A stretch of DNA of 64,000 nucleotides from Antedon mediterranea (lineage: Eukaryota; Animalia; Echinodermata): NCBI RefSeq assembly GCF_964355755.1, contig NC_092674.1:6634001-6698000 (forward strand), given 5' to 3'. Shown here piece by piece: positions 13,807 to 27,138 of the stretch; position 1 is the stretch's first letter; every line of letters starts with the position of its first letter. The notes under the pieces are model-generated. The model was not told where the DNA came from. It saw only the letters and a list, made by a program, of their open reading frames with translations, and did no database searches. A program made the position numbers and the translations under genes.

Positions 13807-14050
13807 AGCGTGGTTCAGACGCAACGCAAGGACGTACGCGCAACGCAAGCGAGTTGACCAATGACTAGCCACTGTTCTAATAATCCATCGTTTGTGATTG
13901 GTCAAATCACTTACGTTACGTTACGTCCTTACGTTGCGTCGCTAGTGGGAACCGCGCAACGGTGTATGTAAACGCAAGTGAGTTGACCAATTACGACGCG
14001 ATAAATCATCCGAACTGTCGCCTGTGATCGGTCAACTTACTTGCGTCGTG
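13807..14050. mobile_element. MITE family C: second copy (13807-13957) followed by the remnant of an older copy
   Basis: agcgtggttcagacgcaacgcaaggacg...gttgcgtcgctagtgggaacc, then aacgcaagtgagttgaccaat...gatcggtcaacttacttgcg. Confidence 0.8.
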
Positions 14051-14984
14051 GTTATAGATGCACAGTCTTTGTTAATAAGTAAGATACATCAGGGAAGAGT
14101 AAAATTAAAATGTTTACTCTTTCCTTGGTACACGTCTACTACCGGTACTGTATGGTACATCTTACCTTAAATTACCATTAATATCAGGTTAAACATTTAA
14201 AACGATTGGCTTAATCATAACAAAAAGCGGTATACCTATGCAGTTTATGTTTTTTATTTATCCCATGCAAAATTAACCATCCTTACAATTATACGTATTA
14301 AATTCATTCCCAACAAACTAGTTTTACTTGCTAACACTCAACCTCGGGCTCAACCCATAGGCCTAACTCAACCCACAGGCCCAACTCAACCCACAGGCCT
14401 AATTAATGTCATTAATGCCATAGTATTATTAGACAGAAAATAAAATTTGGAAATTTGACTCGATAAAGTTCAACCACAAGAACGTAAAATAATAATTGCC
14501 GCTCTTGTTACAAAAACCTAATAAAATATCAGAAACTGGCGCCGGCAAATAATTGCAATTAAATAGGTATAGTGTTAAACGCTAACCCCATTACACCATA
14601 TGACGACCGTACCTCAGCTGTCGGCCAGCCTGAATAAACAGGCAATGTAATAAGGGGATAATAACAGCCAAGTATTGACCTATGGCGGGCCGATTGTCTT
14701 GTCGAATATTTCAGATATCGATCTTTAATATCATTTATCTAATGAAATATCTAAAAATCAGGCCCCTTTGTTTCACACATTTCAAAAGCTTGATGCGTCT
14801 GTGTCGGTGAACTTTTATCTTTATTCTAAATTTATTATTAAATAGAGATTTGATTTGATTTGATTCATTGTAATTTACGGTAGGCCAATGCCTCGGTTTA
14901 ACGTAAAAAAATGGATATAGCACCACAAAATAGCACCGCAAATACACTTATTTTAATGCATGCACAATACATTTTTACAATGAA

Positions 14985-15680
14985 TGATGCATTGGCGTGC
15001 CATACATAAAAACAAATGTCCGATTGATTTGTTATGAATGTACACAATTTTGAGAAATATATGTACCCACGCGTTATAACGTACATTTTTATATAATAAA
15101 CGACGAATTAGCGTGTCATACATAAAAAACCAATGTCCGATTGATTTGTTATGAATGTACACAATTTTGAGAAATATATGTACCCACGCGTTATAACGTA
15201 CATTTTTATAATAAACGACGAATTAGCGTGTCATACATAAAAACCAATGTGCGATTGATGTTATGACTCTGTACGACGAAATGCTGAGAAATATTGTACC
15301 CACGCGTTATAACGTACATTTTTATAATAAACGACGAATTAGCGTGTCATACATAAAACCAATGTGCGATTGATTTGTTATGACTCTGTATACGAAATGC
15401 TGAGAAATATATGTACCCACGGGGTTATTACGTAATTAGTAACAAAGTAGACCTAAATATTCCCTGATCTGACTTCACACATTTCAAAAGCTTAATGCGT
15501 CTGTAGGTGTCATCAGAGAACAATTCACCATAGTATTTACGTCAAATGAACGATGCATTGGCGTGCCATACATAAAAACAATGTCCGATTGATATGTTAT
15601 GACTCTGTACGACGAAATGCTGAGAAATATATGTACCCACGAGGTTATAGCGTAATTAGTAACAATGTACACCTAATATT
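14985..15680. repeat. ~117-bp tandem repeat, 4 adjacent copies plus one displaced copy
   Basis: gagaaatat(a)tgtacccac recurs at about 15052, 15169, 15285, 15402 and 15622, each preceded by gcgtg.catacataaaa.caatgt.cgattgat. Confidence 0.92.
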
Positions 15681-16139
15681 GCCTGACTAATATTATACGT
15701 GATACAGGGTTCAATGGCCTAGATGACCATTGCTGCCAATGGCATATAATAGCAACAACATCATAAACACTCATGATATAAATATTCATAAAATGATACA
15801 AATTGAATACAGTTGTCAATACATGTTTACGTGTTTGACATTAATCTTACTTTGACCTTGAAATTGTAATAATTTTTATAAAATAAATGTTAATTTTTAG
15901 TGATTAATTAGTGCATGATTCATAGTTGTTGTGGTGAGTCATCAATTAGTCTATTTTAAATTGAGATTTTAAAATAGCATAATGTAACATAAATCATTAA
16001 TTATGTCATTGTTACTCTACAGAAAAAGTCCAATATCGTCTCCCTCGATCAAATAAACCATTATAGACCATGTGAAACAAGTTGTTCATCGTCCCACCTC
16101 CAAATTTTTCCCTGGCCGACGAACTGAGATGTATAGTAA

Positions 16140-16360
16140 GGGCGTGTGGCGCAGTGTGTTGGACGTTGGACTACCGATCGTCAGACCTAGGTTCGAATCC
16201 AACTCTCGCCGCATTGCTTGTATCCGTAGGCAAGATACTTTACTTACGTTGCCTCTCTCCACCCAGGTGTATAAATGGGTACCCAGTTAGATCTAGACAC
16301 AACTTTGCGCTGGTTACCGGCTGCATTATGGGAGTATGTATTATAGAAAACCGTACTCCG
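16140..16360 (+). mobile_element. tRNA-derived SINE (family D) with a CORE-like central domain
   Basis: A box tggcgcagtgtg, B box ggttcgaatcc, then gtatccgtaggcaagatactttac...ctctctccacccaggtgtataaatgggtacc, resembling the CORE-SINE domain. Other copies lie at 36500 and 48333. Confidence 0.85.
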
Positions 16361-16925
16361 TGTATGTTGTAGTATAACTATACAAGCATTTAATAAAGTC
16401 AACAAGACAAATATAACATCGACGTTTTATCCTTTTATTTCTCCCTGGTGACTTAACAACACTCTCTCCCTCTGATTTTCTTTCAAAGGACGAAGAACTT
16501 TTTGGAACGTGAAATTTCACTCTTCCTTGCTAATAATAATTATTATCAAAAATGATAATAACATATATTTCCACAATAGAGAAAAATTCAGAATAACATA
16601 ACAATTATATTACCATTCTTTGTGAGCAGCACAACCACCATTGTCATAATCATTCCCATCATTGATTATTTGACAATGTTAGCTAAGTTATAGTTCCACA
16701 CTCTTAATTTGAAAGCAAACTGTATGTCAACCTCAGTGCTATAGGCCTATATGAAAAATACATCATATTCAACGGTGCGTATCGCCTGCATATCTTTCTA
16801 CACAGTGTTACCGAGTAAACCAAACACGTATACTTAACTTTATCATAAAAATGTACTCGTAATTTAATATTTTACATATGCAATTTAATGTCAACTTGCA
16901 TGCTTAATTTCCTTTTTGTTGGAAA

Positions 16926-17039
16926 ATGTTTGGGTAACGTGCATGTCTTCAATAACTAAATGGCTCTTGTTGTTAGTGATCATGTTTGGGTAACGTGCAT
17001 GTCTTCAATAACTAAATGGCTCTTGTTGTTAGTGATCAT
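16926..17039. repeat. Exact 56-bp tandem duplication
   Basis: atgtttgggtaacgtgcatgtcttcaataactaaatggctcttgttgttagtgatc twice. Confidence 0.95.
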
Positions 17040-17051
17040 TCAGCTATTTTC

Positions 17052-17392
17052 AGTTCAGTCTACACTATCAAACTAGTTTGACAAACTGATGTGTAGTGAT
17101 ATGCTTAAATATGGTAGTGATATGACATCATCATTTCCATGGGCACATAAAATTGTTTTGTTACATAAAGTTTGATAGTGTAGATAGAGCTTTATAATAC
17201 TAGTAAAACCGAATACTCATGTTGTAAAGTAATCATTCAGCATCCTCAGTTCTGCTTACACTATCAAACTAGTTTGACAAACTGATGTGCCCAAATATGG
17301 TAGTGATGATGTCATATCACTACCATATTTAAGCATAACACTAACATATTTGGGCACATCACACTTTTCAGTTTGTTAGTGTAGACAGGGTT
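17052..17392. mobile_element. Two adjacent family A MITEs (17052-17191, 17248-17392)
   Basis: Each starts with tacactatcaaactagtttgacaaactgatgtg and ends with tagtgtaga.ag.g.t. Confidence 0.85.
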
Positions 17393-18058
17393 TAAGTTTC
17401 GTCTTGATCAAATAGCATATCAACACCATTATCTTAACGATCATCCAAATACGTGATAAAAATTATCATTTCATCATAACAATGAATTTTACCAAAGAAT
17501 CTATAAATAAAATTGTTTTTCCTCAGTCTAATTCATTCATTTAACTAGTTGATAATTTATAATGAACAAACACCTGCAGAAAATTGAAAATAATTTGAAA
17601 AATCTTTAATAACGACTTAGCCAACATTGCCTATCATTTCCATAACTATTCATTTGACGAATTATATATTTATTTAGGTCAAATAAATCCAATTCAATTA
17701 TATAAAAATTGGATAAAATTAAAAAAAAAAACTGATATTTTCACGTCCGGCATTTTTACTTAGGCTAAGCTAATTTTCGACAAACTTAATAGACAAAATA
17801 AATAGTGATATTTAACCATTATTCTCGAGTTTTGGTATACGTTGGATACAAAACGACAAAACAAAAATGACAATCATGACATTTTAATGGTAAACTCTTT
17901 TTTACAGATAAAATAACGACAATTTCTTTAAAAAAAAATTCTATTAAGAGGACATGTTCCGGGGACACAACTAAGTTTAGGCCTGCACTTAAAGATGTAT
18001 TGTCCCCCTGAAAGAGGACACGTTCGGGGGACACAAACAAGTTTAGGCCTACACTTAA

Positions 18059-18334
18059 AGATGTATCGTCCCCTGAAAAAATAATTCTTTAAACAAATAT
18101 GGCTGAATAATATGCCATTTTAATACCACAAAATAGTTATTCACTGTGACCAAAAATTAGATTGAAAAAAAAATATTTAGGCCTACCTGAAAAAAATATA
18201 ATTTAAAACAAAGAAATAGTCAAATTGGCAATAACTTTATTAAAACTACAAAATGGTCAATTCAAAGTTCGATTTTATGAAACTTCATTTGTCATGCTTT
18301 TGGAAGGGGGGGGGGGGGGGGAGACAATACATCT
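18059..18334. mobile_element. Family G, Kolobok-like non-autonomous element
   Basis: TTAA|agatgtatcgtcccc...ggagacaatacatct|TTAA. A TTAA duplication with purine-purine termini is the Kolobok signature. The left junction is duplicated (~66 bp) at 17948-18013. Confidence 0.8.
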
Positions 18335-19240
18335 TTAATATTACGCCTCTTGGTGTCTCTTAATATGAGTGTGCAAAAAAAGATTATATTGGGAAAGTTG
18401 TTTTAATTTGTTTTATAATCTTTTACAACGCATATTTTAAGTATAATCGTAAAACAGAGATCGCGTGCAAGAAAGTAAAGATTACTTTCTTCAATTCGTA
18501 ATGAGACTGAACTAGATTGTTAGATTGTGGTTGCATAGAGTTAACAATTTATTTGACTGTAAGCCTAATTATTCTTTTTGACAATTCAAAGTAGAGCGTT
18601 GGAAGGGTATGATTAAATCTAGCTTCATAGCGCCAATAAACACTTTGAGTTGTTTCTTGTGGCGGCGTTGTCGGGTACGTATGAATAGGGGCTTAATTAC
18701 GAATAGTGGTTGTGGATACTTCCTCCTGTCCTAGCCTAGCCTCAAGTTATTGTTTTGTTGTGGGTTTCCACATTAATCTCACTGAGCATTCACCTGTAGA
18801 GAATGCTAAATGCTGGGTTGATCAATAGAGAAATTCGTGGTAGGTCTATTACACGATTGTGGTTTAATTGATAAAAACGTATAGAGAATTTGTGTTATGG
18901 TAATGACACTACTAACTAATGGTTTGCATTGCTGAGGTTGCCAAAAGCATGTTTATCCACTGCCCTACTTAGCTATAACAACAAAATCTTAAATTCTTTG
19001 GGAGTGGAGTTCTTTTGTTTTGATCAAAATAAACGTAGGATTTGAGATATCCAATTCCTGGTATTGGCAGACAAGCAGCCCCTGTGGGATTGTGAGAGGT
19101 GATTACTACAATAGATTCTCTCCTTTTGAACAACCCATATTCAAGGGACACCCCCGATTATCGGAAGATTTTCCCGTGTAACGAATGTTACCAACCCATA
19201 TTCAGTGGATACCACTATTAAGGGGGGTGGGGGAGTGAGT

Positions 19241-19513
19241 GAGTGCATGTGGCCGAACGTTTAAGACAGTGGAACCGTAATCGACCCATAACATCGGCAA
19301 AGGTTCGAGGCTCACGCGCTCTATGGTTTTGGTGGTAGAATGAGTCTTCGCGGAGATTATACCAACATTCTCCTGTGTACGTTAAAGTACATCTTTCGAG
19401 ATGAATAGGGAATACCCTAGTTAACGCACATCACTCTGCATAGTCCAGTACTAGGCCCTTCTGGGAGAACAGTCTTAGACAGAAGAGGTCACCATTTAAA
19501 GAAAAAATAATAA
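19241..19513 (+). mobile_element. tRNA-derived SINE (family E) inserted in a family B remnant (~19109-19563)
   Basis: A box tggccgaacg, B box ggttcgag, internal gtgtacgttaaagtac reminiscent of Deu/Nin-type domains, A-rich end. The flanks join up as family B sequence (accactattaagggg / ttaggtcccgaag). Confidence 0.6.
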
Positions 19514-20447
19514 GACTAGGTTAGGTCCCGAAGTTATCGCCTAAAATAAGGGGTTTTGTACGGCAGATAAACCAAATAACCGATATATTTTCTTCTTTTT
19601 TAAAAATAATATTAAATTATTAGTTACCGTGTGTTATCACGGGCCGTCTATGACGTATCGGCATAATCTTATCATATAATACAATTTTACCTTTTTTCGA
19701 AGTAACCCTTGATTTGATCATTATTTTATTCCAGACCATAATCGAACATTTCGATAACAATCTTACTAAAGTATCAATTACGTATTTCTGACCAGTAAGA
19801 AGTTCATTTTAATTGACTTGGATGATAATTTAATTGCACAGTGGTTACTTCCATTTATAGGTTACCATCGCTATACACATTCAATTATTTCCCATAACGG
19901 TAGCTTTTGAAATTGTTAAATGAACTTGATTTAATTTCTGTTGCTTTCTTGGTCTATTAAAAAGTGACCACCAAATCTGATAAAAACAAATTGGCCGAAT
20001 ATTTATAAAGGGTAATTCTTTCTTCCACTGTGAAATCGAATCATTTCGCTAATCTGTTCATAGTTGGAATTTTTGTCCACATCGTAAAATATTTGAGAAA
20101 ATTGTTTTTTGATCAGAGAACCTGTCAAATTCGACCTTATGATCTTTGTTGGGCGGTCAATTGTTACAGTGGCATACGTGTACGTCATGCTTGGTAAAAT
20201 TATGTGGTACCTCCATGGTGGTTGAGTCGTCTGGCCTGCATTCCGCTCTAAGTTATATCCTTTTTTTGGAAAGACTATCTTTGCATTGGACTTTTTTACT
20301 TGACCCTTAGATTTCTGCACCCTGCATTTGACCTAGTATACCATTCGACCTAGTTATTTATCGGAAATTGATTGTTTTACGGAAAATATCAGTGTTTCAT
20401 AGTTTCATAATTTAGTATGAGGGTTTTGTCACATACACGTAATTAAA

Positions 20448-20795
20448 TAAGTGGTCAATTGATATAAACATATATGGTCCGCAGAGATCACGCTATTTAA
20501 GGACAATATTGGCCTTCCATATTTAGGGTGTTCCCCGTTAAAACAAGTGGCCAGTTGATTTCATAAAGAATATGAATGTACTTTCGGAAATAAAAGAAAG
20601 GAAATGAATGAATGAAATACGGTCCTCGCTCAGAGATCACGCTATTTTACGGTCAACAGCGGCGTTCCATAGACAATGTAACTTGATTCAGTAACAGGGT
20701 GTTGACAGACTCGCACGCACACACGTAATAATACAAGTGGTCAGTTAATTTCATAAACAAATACGGTCCTCAGGGATCACGCTGACGGTCAACAT
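20448..20795 (+). repeat. Three diverged tandem blocks
   Basis: aagtgg.ca.tt.at..ataaa...ggtcc...cag.gatcacgct at ~20449, ~20545 and ~20735. Confidence 0.75.
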
Positions 20796-21748
20796 CAGGT
20801 GTTTGTGGTCGATTAGGTCACGTGAAAGGTCAAACTTGCAGCGGTTCATATTGTGATTTTTGGGTAATATTACAAATTAGATTTAGATAGGTCTGTGGAG
20901 TGGCTGTGCTGTCGATAGTAGGCCAATTATCACACAGACAGTATTCTGAACTCCTATTGGTTAAAAGTATATTGAACAAATGACGTCACACAACTGTCGG
21001 TGAGTTTCGGTTAAAACTCATCCAGTAGTAATGTACTGTATTATAAAACCTATTATCATGATCTCCCATTATTGGGCGCAAATAATTTATAATTATTAAA
21101 GGGAAATTAACATTAATTTTACTTGTTTACCTTTTATTTGATTCTATTTATACCGGACCTGAAAATCAGTACAGTAGGCCTACTTGCAATCCACTCATGG
21201 GAAAACACTAAGGTATCTTAGTTTTAAATAGAGATAATTTAAAAAGCTAGGCCGGCCGGCCGACAACTGGCAAATAATATGTACACGGGAACAGAATAAG
21301 CCTTTTAAAGTTTGTTATATTTCTTAGTAAGCTAGTAGGCCTAATTAAATGATACACTTGTGTAACTGTAGATAGATCATCAAGGTATAATTAATTAACA
21401 GTTACGGATGAATATACAAGGAATTTTACGACTCTCTAAATACAAAATGGATGCTCTTCTTCTTCATGCATGGTCTGACGTCATTAAAACGAATTAGACA
21501 TGTTTAATAGACCTGAATTACACTCATCATGCGTGCTCTCATTAAAACGTCTACAAATCCCAAGGTCTTCCTGGGTTTTCCAAGATTTTCTTATTTTTTT
21601 CTCATAAAACAATATAGGCCTATCTAGACGTGTTTATGACAATAATAAATGACGTTAAATATGGATAATGCATCCTCTTCTTGGGACATCACTACCACCC
21701 ATATTAAATTAAACCCGCAATGACCCACAACGTATGTAGAACTTCCAA

Positions 21749-22097
21749 AGCTTGGTTCCCACTAGCGACGCAACGTAACGCAATCTACGCAATGTAAGCA
21801 AATGCCCTTCTAATAATTGTGTTTTCCCCCGCCTGCGTGAAATCAAACTTATTAGCACTGATTTAGATTTTTAAATCAAACTAATTGCAAGAAAATGGTT
21901 TTTTTTTTATGAAATGTCTTCTTTAGACCCTACTGAACACATTTATCAACGTTAGGACATTTTTCGACAACGCGAAGTAGCCTAATTTGCATAATTAAAA
22001 ATGGCGGCCATTTTTAATATATTGCGTTGTCGGTTCCCACTTGTGATTAAGCAATAAACACTTTGCGTCGATATTGCGTTCTGGTGGGAACAACGCT
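21749..22097. mobile_element. Long (~350-bp) variant of family C
   Basis: agcttggttcccactagcgacgcaac...ttgcgttctggtgggaacaacgct TIRs around a different interior; a degraded relative lies at ~57400-57673. Confidence 0.8.
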
Positions 22098-22634
22098 TAA
22101 AGAACCCAATAAAATATTCCTTATATGGGCATCTCCAGATTTGAGTTGGTGATTGTTCCCTCGTTTGTAGAAACTAATAATATATGTCGTGTAAAAATAA
22201 CGTACAACATATATCACGAGGCCTTAGTGATCTTTATATCTGACGCTCTCCGTACACGCAACAAATCATCTATATAAACGTAACATCCGTATAATTATCT
22301 ATAGACACGTTATCACCGATACTCAGAATTCATTTTGTTTTATTTTTCCGTTATCAATCAGATTGTTAACAAGCTGTCACCAGAACCAAAAGCAGAAGGA
22401 AAATTACGCGATATTTATATAACACTAATACTGAGATGAATCTAAAGAAATAATCAAATAATTATTAACACATTTATCTAGGATCTGTTTTATACTCTTT
22501 TCCGTCACCTCGCGCTCTCAGACACTTTCAGAAGTTTATCGCTTAATTTGAGAAATTATTTCTTACTTTTATAACAAACTTTATGAGAATATCCGATGCG
22601 GCGAAGATTTACGTTCAGTGGCAATACTGTTATA

Positions 22635-23358
22635 AAGTAGAGACCCTCCTTTTAGAACACCTCTATTCAGGGGACACTTTGAAACAATAGAGAAAATATA
22701 TACAGTATGTTAATACTATCTGGCCATCACTATTCAGGGGGACACCTCTATTAAGGGGACACTTTGAAACAATAGAGAGAAAATATATACAGTATGTTAA
22801 TACTATCTGGCCATCACTATTCAGGGGGACACCTCTATTAAGGGGACACTTTGAACAAACGAGAGAAAAAGAACGAGTGGAAATTATGTTTTAATGCAAT
22901 CGGTAAGTCCTTATTCGGGGATACACCACTATTAAGGGGACACTTTCCCGTGTAAGAAATGAGAGGAAATATGTTTAACGACAAACCTATATTCAAGGGA
23001 CACCCATAAGCGTGGTTGCAAGTAGAGACGCAACGCAAGGACGTATATAGACGCAACGCAAGCAAGTTGACCAATGATAAAGCGTGGTTCCCACTAGCGA
23101 CGCAACACAAGGACGTAACGCAACGCAAGTGAATTGACCAATCACAAGCGATGGCTTATTCGCTTGTGATTGCTAACTGTCTATAACTTCGCTTGTCATT
23201 GGTTAAAACGCTTGCGTTGCGTTTACGTCCTTGCGTTACGTTCTAGTGGGAACCAAGCTTACGCGACTGTTCAAATAAAACGTCGCTGTGATTGGTCCTT
23301 GCGTTGCGTCACTTTGTTGGGTCCCGAAAAGGTGTTTTCCTTAATAGGGTTTCTACTT
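22635..23358. mobile_element. Family B element with an internal ~90-bp duplication and two nested family C copies
   Basis: TA|aagtaga...tctactt|TA ends and ctctatt.aggggacac motifs; older C at ~23009-23311, young C at 23081-23259. Confidence 0.85.
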
Positions 23359-23654
23359 TATATAACGGATTGATTGTAAAATATTATTGTTTATTGTTAT
23401 TAATCTAAATATTTTTTCCAACAATATTTGATAAATTATCTAACCAATGTCACCGTTCATTAAGCTAATCACACGGGAAAACAAAAACGAAAATCAAATT
23501 AAAAAGAAAGTGAAATCTAGTTAGTGAAGAAGTAGAACACAATCATGGACAAATAATGTGTATTAAATAATCTATTAAGTTTCAACATGTTACAGCCATT
23601 AATTAATTAAGTATTGGTATTCAATAGCAAACAAATTGTAGATTTTAAATGTTA

Positions 23655-23940
23655 ATTTATTTAATAATTTATTTATTCAGGTTTATAGTAAAAACATGCA
23701 GCCCGAAGGCTGAATTGTTGAAATATATATGGAATTACAAATGTTTAAAAAATACAAAAATTATACAAAACATGAAAAAAACTATTATACTATAGGCCCA
23801 AGGTCGATCAAATATTTACTTTTAAAGTAAGATAGTTTGGTAGAGAAATATAGTAGGCCAACTTGCCATTTAGGAACATTTGAACATAAAAAAGCATATC
23901 TGACTTTTTATAACACTTTATTCTCACCTCTTGTAAGAAA
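23655..23940 (-). mobile_element. Degraded CR1-like LINE 3' end
   Basis: Minus strand gives a remnant peptide SLPNYLTLKSKYLID, then the hairpin cagcc-ttcg-ggctg and an aataaat-repeat tail. Confidence 0.45.
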
Positions 23941-23959
23941 TGCAATTAGGAAGCGCGCC

Positions 23960-24072
23960 GCAAAATGTTACCAATCATGACGCGACGGATCATCCGGACT
24001 GTCGCTTGTGATTGGTCAACTCGCGTGCGTTTTGCTTACGTTCTTGTGTTGCTTCCAAGTGGGAACCAAGAT
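23960..24072. mobile_element. Family C, right half
   Basis: gtcgcttgtgattggtcaactcgcg...agtgggaaccaagat. Confidence 0.75.
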
Positions 24073-26898
24073 TTAAGGAACATCGTATAAATTAAATCAT
24101 AATTTACATATGACACTGCATCAAGTAGTTTCTCTTGATACTGATCAAATAATGCCACATTTGTACATACCTAGAATCAGGTGCACAACAAGTGTAAAAG
24201 CTCTCAATACAAGGACATGGGAAAATGTCTTTTTTTGTACAACATTATTTAAATAGCTGGTAAATCCCCATATGCCACATACATCACAATAACAACAGGA
24301 AGCCCACAAACCTTGAGGTTCCCAAACATTTGGAATGGTTTCGTGTTAATTATTAACATGATGAGAAAAAAGACTCTTAACATCCCGTTAGCAATCCCTT
24401 GGACATGTTGTTCTTCCCACTCGCGATTGTGTTATGAGTAGGCGGCAAATATGTTGTTTGGTAAACATTTGTATATAAATTAATGATAAGATAGTAGCGA
24501 AAGTAATATATCGTTCATTTCTTTTTCAATTCAATTCAATCGACATTTGTCTTGCTTCAACAATAGCACAAAAACATTATAAAATAACATAATTGTTAAT
24601 ATAAAATGGATAAAATACCGAGTGGAGAACATTAAAGAGGGAGCTTAAAATAAAAATACACAACGTAAATCATAAAAGGGTGAACAATGGGGGTGGTGGT
24701 ATAAATGGGTAAAACAATCGACTAACGTACAGAACATTTGTTGCTTATTAAATTCTGCTCTTTTTAAAGTCTGTTTTAGGCTCGAATATGCTGATCGTCT
24801 TATACTTAGGCATACTGTATGGCGTATACTTTAACATTTAGGTTCTATGCCTATCTATAGCATCCTAATTATATTTTTACTTTTCGGCTTAAAATTATGT
24901 TCTTTTCAAAATTAACAGACTTAATTGTTTCTTTCAGAGAATCTTACCACCGATTATTTAATTTCACTATTTTGTTATAGCGTTGGTATTTTTTTCTTTA
25001 TTGAATTAACGATTTCATTAAAACATTTGTTTGTGATCACAGATCGTAAACACGAATGAGACACGAATGAGACATTTGGCGAGAAGATTCGCTCGTTAAC
25101 ATCGAATTGATTGTCTCATTAAAAGTTTGACAAATAAAATATTATGCACAATAAACCTTCTGCCCTTCCCCTTCCACTAGATCACTTAAAACGTATACAT
25201 TTCAAAGTAGAGCACTATATACTACATGCACGAACGAGGGTTTGAAACGAAGAAAATTAATCACCGTAATATTGATACAAGGAAGCCATAAAGCCGCTGG
25301 TTATTACCGGTTTGATTACTTCCGAAATAAACACGGTTAAACACTTCATGTAAAGGACTCTTGTCCAAATACTGTAACCCTAGAAGCATTAATGAGGACA
25401 CCGTGACATTTGTGCGTTTGTTTAGTTTGTAGTTAATTACAGTTCGGTACCGAATATGAGAGGGGGAGGGGGGGGGGCTAGCTCAACGAATTTGAATCGG
25501 ACACTTAAGTTCTACTCCAGTGTGAATCAATTGATAAAGAGATATTGCTCGTGTCGAGGCATTGTGATTTTAAAATAGAACACAGTGACATTACCGAATA
25601 TATTGTGGGATATTCCTGGTGTGAATTGTAGGAGAGACACTGTATTCACAGGACATAGGTGTCCCTTAATAGGGGTGTCTGCCCTCAATATAGTGGTGCT
25701 CCTCCAAAAAAAGGCCTTTCGTACGTCACCATTCTTGGTAAGTATGTCAAATAACCATTGTGTACAATCAAACACAATTGGCCTGTACATTACTATACGA
25801 TCACACCAAGTAGGTGCTGGAAATTAGATATAACACTTGATTTTTTTAATGAAAATTTTTGCTTAGAATCGTTGAAGTCGTCTGATTTTAAATTTAAGCG
25901 TACACTAACCTCTTAAGATACGCCTTAAGCTGAAGGAGCATCTGATAATATTCAAAGCAGGTAGAATGGGAATATATAAATCACAAATCTTAGGATTTGT
26001 GAATTAAGTGTTGAGGCTATGATACTCTAACATATTCAAGTCTCTAGACTTTGGGCTAACGAATATTAAAAATAGGCCTACTCGTACTGTTAAACGGTAC
26101 TGGAAGTCGCTTTATAACGAAGATGTTTAGGCCTATCTGCTTACCTTCCTATGTATCGATAAACAAATGCACTATAATACATATTATTGTGATCTTGGCT
26201 TAACGAATAATATTGAAAGGGCCCGTTCAGACTCTTTCAGACAGCAATATACGGAGATAAGTTGCTTTCAACCATGGGCATAGTTATAAGCATTTATTTG
26301 ACTTAAGAATAGAGAAATAAGGTATTCTCAATGGTTTAAGAAATAATGTGATGGCCTATCAGATTCAATTACTCAGAAATACAAATTCTTCTCCAGTCTC
26401 TCATGATGACGTACAACGTTTTAGTTTTGTACTAACGATGAATATTAAAATATAACTTGTCATAGGGTTTATACACGGTGCAACAACCTCTCTTGTATAA
26501 TATATCTATGCTTAACTAGAGCAAATATTCGATGTGGTAATAGCCCATGTAAGTTAACATATGAGTGTTATGAAAACGGACAGAAAATGAGTTTTATTTT
26601 CATTTGAACATAATATTAATAAATATTACGTAATATTATTATGCGAACATGGATTTTGAGGTGTTCTTATTATAGATATCATGCCATGACGTCATAACCA
26701 TAAACATATCATGACAGCTATAATTATAGCCTGAAAGATTTAATATTGCAGAATATCACGAATATCGTTAGTCGTGCAACAGAAAATGTTATCGTCTGCT
26801 GGGTTTTACATTTTTTTTTAAACCTACTAATTACAAGTTCCAGTGTAAGACGTACCTGTACTATTAATTATTATATGTTCTCAACTATAGAGTAGAAC

Positions 26899-27138
26899 CA
26901 AGAGAATCTAACAACAGGATGATGAGCTCCAGAGATCAATGGTTTATCTGTGGCTCCGACACAATCTGTTCTACGCCCCTTAAACAGACACCGCGCACCG
27001 CGGAGAATAAAATTAATTTGTTGCAGTACTATTGGTATTTGTCGCAGCCAGACATAAGATCAAAAGACTGTTAGTGTTACGCGTTCCTATCTTGGCAAGG
27101 CGAGCTAAATCATGTCCTGTTGTTAGATGATTGCCTTG
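26899..27138. mobile_element. MITE family F (P-superfamily-like), both ends present
   Basis: gtagaac|caagagaatctaacaacagga...tcctgttgttagatgattgccttg|gtatgac: CA...TG termini, imperfect TIR, 7-bp flanks 5/7 identical. Confidence 0.8.

Noticed and set aside
16140-16212. tRNA gene
   Set aside because: A and B boxes are present, but the sequence continues into a SINE body found three times in the window and I could not fold a clean cloverleaf.
18306-18321. Long G run as a functional G-quadruplex
   Set aside because: A homopolymer expansion of the G tract in the family G terminal repeat; nothing indicates function.
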